In this document: positions 58,782 to 64,000 of the stretch, one piece after another
Layout: every line of letters begins with the position of its first letter
Numbering within the stretch: the first letter of the stretch is position 1
NCBI RefSeq assembly: GCF_004010195.1
Contig: NC_057753.1
Coordinates: 9,428,064-9,492,063 of the forward strand
From: Chiloscyllium plagiosum
Lineage: Eukaryota
Reading direction: 5' to 3'
DNA length: 64,000 nucleotides
Notes under the pieces: model-generated
Told to the model about the DNA's origin: nothing
The model's input: the letters and a program-made list of their open reading frames with translations, nothing else
The model's database searches: none
Translations under genes and position numbers: made by a program

Positions 58782-59284
58782 CATCCACACAGACAGAGCA
58801 AGCTAACATTTCAAGTCCAGATAACTCTTCGTCATAGAGATGTATAAAGTCATGGGAGGTGTACATAAGATGAATGGCAGGGGCTTTTCCCTGTGCTGAA
58901 ACCTTAACACCTTACTGAAATGCATATACACCAAATCTTTACGCTCATCCACCTGTTTCATCACCTTCTCAAAAGAACTCAGTAAGGTTTGAGAGGCACG
59001 AACTACCCTTCACAAAACTGTGTTGAATATCCCTAATCAACTTTTTCCTCTCTAGATGATGATTATAAACCCTATCTCTTATAATCCCAACCAAAGTAAG
59101 GTTCACAGATATATACTCCCCTTCTTGAACAAGTGAACAACATCAGCTATCCTTCAGTTCTCTAGCACTATTCCTGTAGACAATGATGACAAAGACTCAA
59201 CAATCTCCTCCATGGCTTCCCACAGAACCAGAGGATAAATTCCATCTGGCCCAGGGGACTTATTGTTAACACCTCCTCCATTTG

Positions 59285-59517
59285 TGGGCAGCACAGTGGC
59301 ACAGTGGTTAGCACTGCTGCCTCACAGCGCCAGAGACCCGGGTTCAATTCCCACCTCAGGCAACTGTGTGGAGTTTGCATGTTCTCCCAATGTCTGCGTG
59401 GGTTTCCTCCGGGTGCTCCGGTTTCCTCCCACAGTCCAAAAACATGCAGGTTAGGTGAATTGGCCATGCTAAATTACCCGTAGTGTTAGGTGTAGGGGAA
59501 TGGGTCTGGGTGGGTTG
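59285..59517 (+). mobile_element. HE1-type V-SINE, 3'-truncated
   Basis: gtgggcagcacagtggcacagtggttagcactgctgcctcacagcgcc. Confidence 0.9.
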
Positions 59518-59906
59518 CACTTCAATCCCAACTAGTCTAGCAGCATATATCTCAGTATTCTCCTCGACTACGTTGTATATTTCCAGTGTGAATACTGATG
59601 AAAAGTTTTCATTTAACACTTCCCCTCTCTCCTCTGACTCCACACATAACTTCCCACTACTATGCTTGATTGGCCCTAATCTTACTCTCGTCATTCTTTC
59701 ATTCCTGATATAGCTATAGAAAACCTTAGGGTTTTCCTTTATCCTATCCGCCAATGACTTCTCACATCCCCTCCTGGCTCTTCTTAGCTCTCTCTTTAGT
59801 TCTTTCCTGGCTAACTTGTAACTCTCAAGCACCCTAAATGAGCCATTATATCTCATCCTAACAAAAGCCTTCTTTCTCTTGCCAAGAGATTCAACTTCCT
59901 TAGCAG

Positions 59907-60029
59907 GTGATGAAGGAGCGTCGCTCCGAAAGCTAGTGTGCTTCCAATTAAACCTGTTGGACTATAACCTGGTGTTGTGTGATTTTTAACTTTGTACACC
60001 CCAGTCCAACACCGGCATCTCCGAATCAT
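59907..60029 (+). mobile_element. PLE (family 2) terminal repeat, truncated within the hammerhead core
   Basis: gTGATGAaggagcgtcgctccGAAAGCTAgtg..ggactataacctggtgttgtgtga. Confidence 0.8.
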
Positions 60030-60387
60030 TCTAAATCTTGCACAATTGCATTGTAATTGCCTTACTATAACTCATGCCCTGCGGTATATACCTATCCCTT
60101 TCCATCACTAAAGTAAACATAACTGAATTGTGGTCACTATCACCAAAGTGCTCACCTATCTCCAAACCTGGCCGGGTTCATTCCCCAGTATCAAATCTAA
60201 TGTGGCCTTGCCCCTTGTTGGCCTATCTATATACTGTGTCAGGAAACCCTCCTGCACATCCTTCCTCAAACATCCTCAAACATCCTTCCTGCAACCGTAA
60301 TACTGTCCTTGACTAACAATGCCATACCACCCCGTCTTTCACCATATTCTCTGTTCTTATGGAAACATCTTAAGTCCTTCAACTATT

Positions 60388-60897
60388 GGAAAGATGTTGT
60401 GAAACTTGAAAGGGTTCAGAAAAGATTTACAAGGATATTGCCAAGGTTGGAGGATCTGAGGTACAGGGAGAGGCTGAACAGGCTGGGGCTGTTTTCTCTG
60501 GAGCGTCGGAGGCTGAAGGGTGACTTTATGGAGGTTTACAAAATTATGAGGGGCATGGATAGGATAAATAGACAAAGTCTTTTCCCTGGGGTCGGGGAGT
60601 CCAGAACTAGAGGACATAGGTTTAGGGTGAGAGGGGAAAGACATAAAAGAGACCAAAGGGGCAACTTTTTCACGCAGAGGGTGGTACGTGTATGGAATGA
60701 GCTGCCAGAGGATGTGGTGGAGGCTGGTACAATTGCAACATTTAAGAGGCATTTGGATGGGTATATGAATAGGAAGGGTTTGGAGGGATATGGGCTGGGC
60801 GCTGGTAGGTGGGACTAGGTTGGGTTGGGATATTTGGTCGGCATGGACAGGTTGGACCGAAGGGTCTGTTTCCATGCTGTACATCTCTATGACTCTA
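60388..60897 (+). mobile_element. Young 5'-truncated HER1/CR1 LINE
   Basis: Uninterrupted ORF2 C-terminus KDVVKLERVQKRFTR..GAGRWD*, then ctatgactcta tail. Confidence 0.93.
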
Positions 60898-62777
60898 ACC
60901 TGTTAAAACCATTCCTGTCCCTACTCTACCGATGTCTCTAAAATGGCCATAACATTGAAATCCCAGGTATCAAACTATGCTGCAAGTTCACCCACCTTAT
61001 TCCAGATGCTCCTGACGTTGACATAGACACATTTCAAACCAATTTCTTGCCTGCCGCTGCCTTATCATAATCTTGAAGTCTTAGTTCTGACTTCACTCCT
61101 CTCATTCTCCCGTATACTCAAACTACAATTTTGGTTCCCATTCCCCTGCTGAATTAGTTTAAACCCAGCCAAAGAGCATTAGCAAATATTCCCCCATCAT
61201 CCCAGGATATTGGTGCCCCTCAGGTTCAGATGAAGACCATCCTGTTTGTCAAGGTCCCACCTACTCCAGAAAGAGCCCCAATTATCCAGGAATCCAAAAC
61301 CCTCCCTCCTGCACCATCCCTGTAGCCATGTGTTCAACTCTTCTCTCCCTGTTCCTCACTTTGCTGGCATGTGGCATGGGCAACAAACCAGAGATAAAAA
61401 CTGTTTGTTTGAGCTCTAAGCTTCAAGCCTAAGCTCCCTGAATTTCTGCTTTAAGTCCCCATCTCTCTACCTACCTATGAAGTTGATGTCTATGTGGACC
61501 ACAACTTGTGCTGCTCCCCCTCAAGGATCCTGAAAAACATGATCAGAGACATCACAAACCCTGGCACCTGGGAGGCAACACACCAACCATGTGTCTCTCC
61601 CGTTCCCACAGAACCTCCTATCTGTCCACCTAACTATGAAGTCCCCAGTGACTAATGCTCTGCTCCTCTTCTCTTCTCTTCTGAGCAACAGGAACAGACT
61701 CTATGCCAGAGAGCTGTGCCCCATAACTTACTAGGGTAAGCAATCTCCCCCAACAGTATCCAAACAGTATACATTGTTGTTCAGGGGAACGGCCACAGGC
61801 GATCCCTGCACTGCCTGCTGGTTCCCTTTCTGTCCCCTAACAGTAATCCATCTGCCACCTTCTTTTACCTGAGGTGTGACGACCTCCCTGTAACTCCTCT
61901 CAATGATCAGAAGTTCATCCAGCTCCAGCTCCAGTTCCACTTCCCCAACACAGTTTTCGAGGAGCTGGAGAAGGGTTCACGTCCCCCAGATGCTGTCAAC
62001 AGGGACACTACTGGTGACCCTTACCTACCACATTCTGCAGGAGGAACATTCAACTGCCCTCACCTCCATTCCCACTGTTCTAAATCATCAACAAGACTAC
62101 TGAAATACTAAAGAAAAAGATACCAGTCACCTTACCAATTGGCACACAGAACCTTTGTTTTTGATTGGAAGAGGACTATGGGTGGGAGATACTACCCGAG
62201 TAGTGTCACTTACACTTCAGCAGGGGGATGGGAACCAAAATTGTAGTTTGAGTATACGGGAGAATGAGAGTAGTAAAGTCAGAACTAAGATTTCAAGATT
62301 GTGATAAGGCAGTGGTAGGCAAGCCTCACTTACCCAGCAGTCCTGTGTCTGCTCCTGCTCAGTGTGCGCTCCACCTATACACAAGGCAAACCTTTTTATC
62401 TTTTAAAATTTAACTTGCCGTCAGGCCTCTGGTACTTGCTGTCACTCCTCCCACTCCAACTGCCACCAAAAGCAAAAAAACTGAAGAACGCTAAACTCCC
62501 GAAGTAAGCTTTTATATCTTTTTAAATTTACCTTCCTGTCATGGAGACCAAGTCATTGAGGGCATTTGAGACAGAGATATGTTCTTGATTAGTAAGGGGA
62601 TCAAGGGTTAGGAAGAGAAGGCAGCAGAATGGGGTTAAGAAACATATCAGTCACAATTGACTGGTGGAGCAGACTCGATGGGCCAAATGGTCTCATTCTG
62701 CTCCTGTGTATTACGGTCTGAAAACTGGCAGATTACTGAAGTGGTTTTCACAAACAATTTCAGAGTCCTGAAAAAGA

Positions 62778-64000
62778 GTCATAGAGTCACAAATGTACAA
62801 CACAGAAACACACCCTTCAGTCCAACTCAACCATGACAAACAGTTATCCTGACCTAATCTGGTCCCATTTGCCTGGCCATAGCCCTCTAAACCCTTCCGA
62901 TTCATGTGCCCATCCAGATGCCTTTTAAATGCTGTAATTTTATCAGCCTCCACCACTTCCTCTGGCAGCTTATTCCACACACACACACCACCCTCTGCGT
63001 GAAATAGTTGCCCCTGAGGTACCTTTTAAATCTTCTCCCTCACCCTAAACTTACTCCCTCTATTTCTGGACTCCCCGACCCCAGGGAAAAGACTTTGTCT
63101 ATTTATCCTATCCATGCCCCTCGTGATTTTGTAAACCTCCCTAAGGTCACCCTCCGCCTCTGATGCTCCCAGGATAACAGCCCCAGTCTATTCAGCCTCT
63201 CCCTTTTGCACAAATCCTCCGACGCTGGCAACATCCTTGTAAATCTTTTCTGAATCCTTTCAAATTTCACAACATCCTTTCGATAGGAAGGAGACCAGAA
63301 TTGCACGCAACATTCCAAAAGTGGCCTAACCAATGTCCTGTACAGCCACAACATGACTTCCCAACTCCTATACTCGATGCTCTGACCAATAAAGGAAAAC
63401 ATACCAAATACCTTCCTCACTATCCTTTCGACCTGTGACTCCACTTTTAACTAACTATGAACCTGCACTCCAATGTCTCTGTTAAGCAACACTCCCTAGG
63501 ACCTTACCATTAAGTGTATAAGTCCTGCTTGGATTTGTTTTTCCAAAATGCAGCACCTCACATTTATCTGAATTAAACTCCATCTGCCACTCCTCAGCCC
63601 ATTGACCCACCTGATTACCTGTTGTAATCTGAGGTAACCTTCTTCCCTGTCCACTGCACCTCCAATTTTGGTGTCATCTGCAAATTTACTAACTATACCT
63701 TTTATGCTCAGATTGAAATCATTTATATATGACAAAAAAGTAGTGGACCCAGCACTGATCCTTGTGGCACTCCACTGGTCAAAGGTGTCCAGTCTGAAAA
63801 ACAACCCTCCACTACCACCCTCTGTCTTCTACCTTAGAACCAGTTCTGTATCCAAATGGCTAGTTCTCTCTGTATTTCATGAGATCTAACCTTGCTAACT
63901 GTGTCCCACGGAGAACCTTGTCGAACACCTTACTGAAGTCCATATAGATCACGTCCACCGCTCTGCTCTCAATGCTCTTTGTTACTTTTTCAAGAAACTC
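62778..64000 (-). mobile_element. HER1/CR1 LINE 3' part (RT), running off the window
   Basis: SKFADDTKIGG, LVRPLLECCVQFWSP, tail agagtcatagagtca. Confidence 0.93.

Larger units (their letters stand above)
58900..62100 (-). mobile_element. Long internally deleted CR1 LINE (ORF1 and ORF2 remnants) with nested HE1, PLE and HER1
   Basis: ORF1-like ELELDELLII..SYREVVTPQ..WITVRG and CLPGARV; ORF2-like RRARRGCEKSLADRIKENPKVFYSYI..LNENFSSVFT. Confidence 0.85.

Noticed and set aside
60309..60818. 169-aa ORF as a host gene
   Set aside because: It is the C-terminus of CR1 ORF2 in a 5'-truncated copy.
1..64000. CRISPR array, prokaryotic operon or defence system
   Set aside because: No regularly spaced repeats with unique spacers; the sequence is vertebrate, and most ORF-track entries are TE-derived or spurious.

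Overview
Eukaryotic, repeat-dense DNA that is almost certainly from a shark or other cartilaginous fish. This is inferred from HE1-type V-SINEs, HER1/CR1 LINEs and Deu-domain SINEs; it is not a bacterial locus, and no CRISPR array, rRNA or bona fide tRNA gene was seen. The window is a birth-and-death cluster of small KRAB-less C2H2 zinc-finger loci built from a few reusable modules (two promoter/exon-1 types, two last-exon types, a DeuSINE-containing 3' module) and amplified by direct and inverted segmental duplications. I count seven ZNF loci; only one (18994-19485, minus strand) keeps a clean ORF. Overlaid on this are a full-length decayed L1 with TSD, two probable solo LTRs, many CR1 fragments and SINEs, and about 20 Penelope-like element (PLE) terminal-repeat fragments of three families. 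The PLE fragments carry minimal hammerhead-ribozyme motifs (CUGANGA..GAAA) with covarying stems, and one dead copy lies sense inside the last exon of three ZNF paralogs. The paralogous blocks supply empty sites for several insertions, so the order of events can be read from the window itself. All coordinates were read by eye; family names come from recognition, not from database searches.
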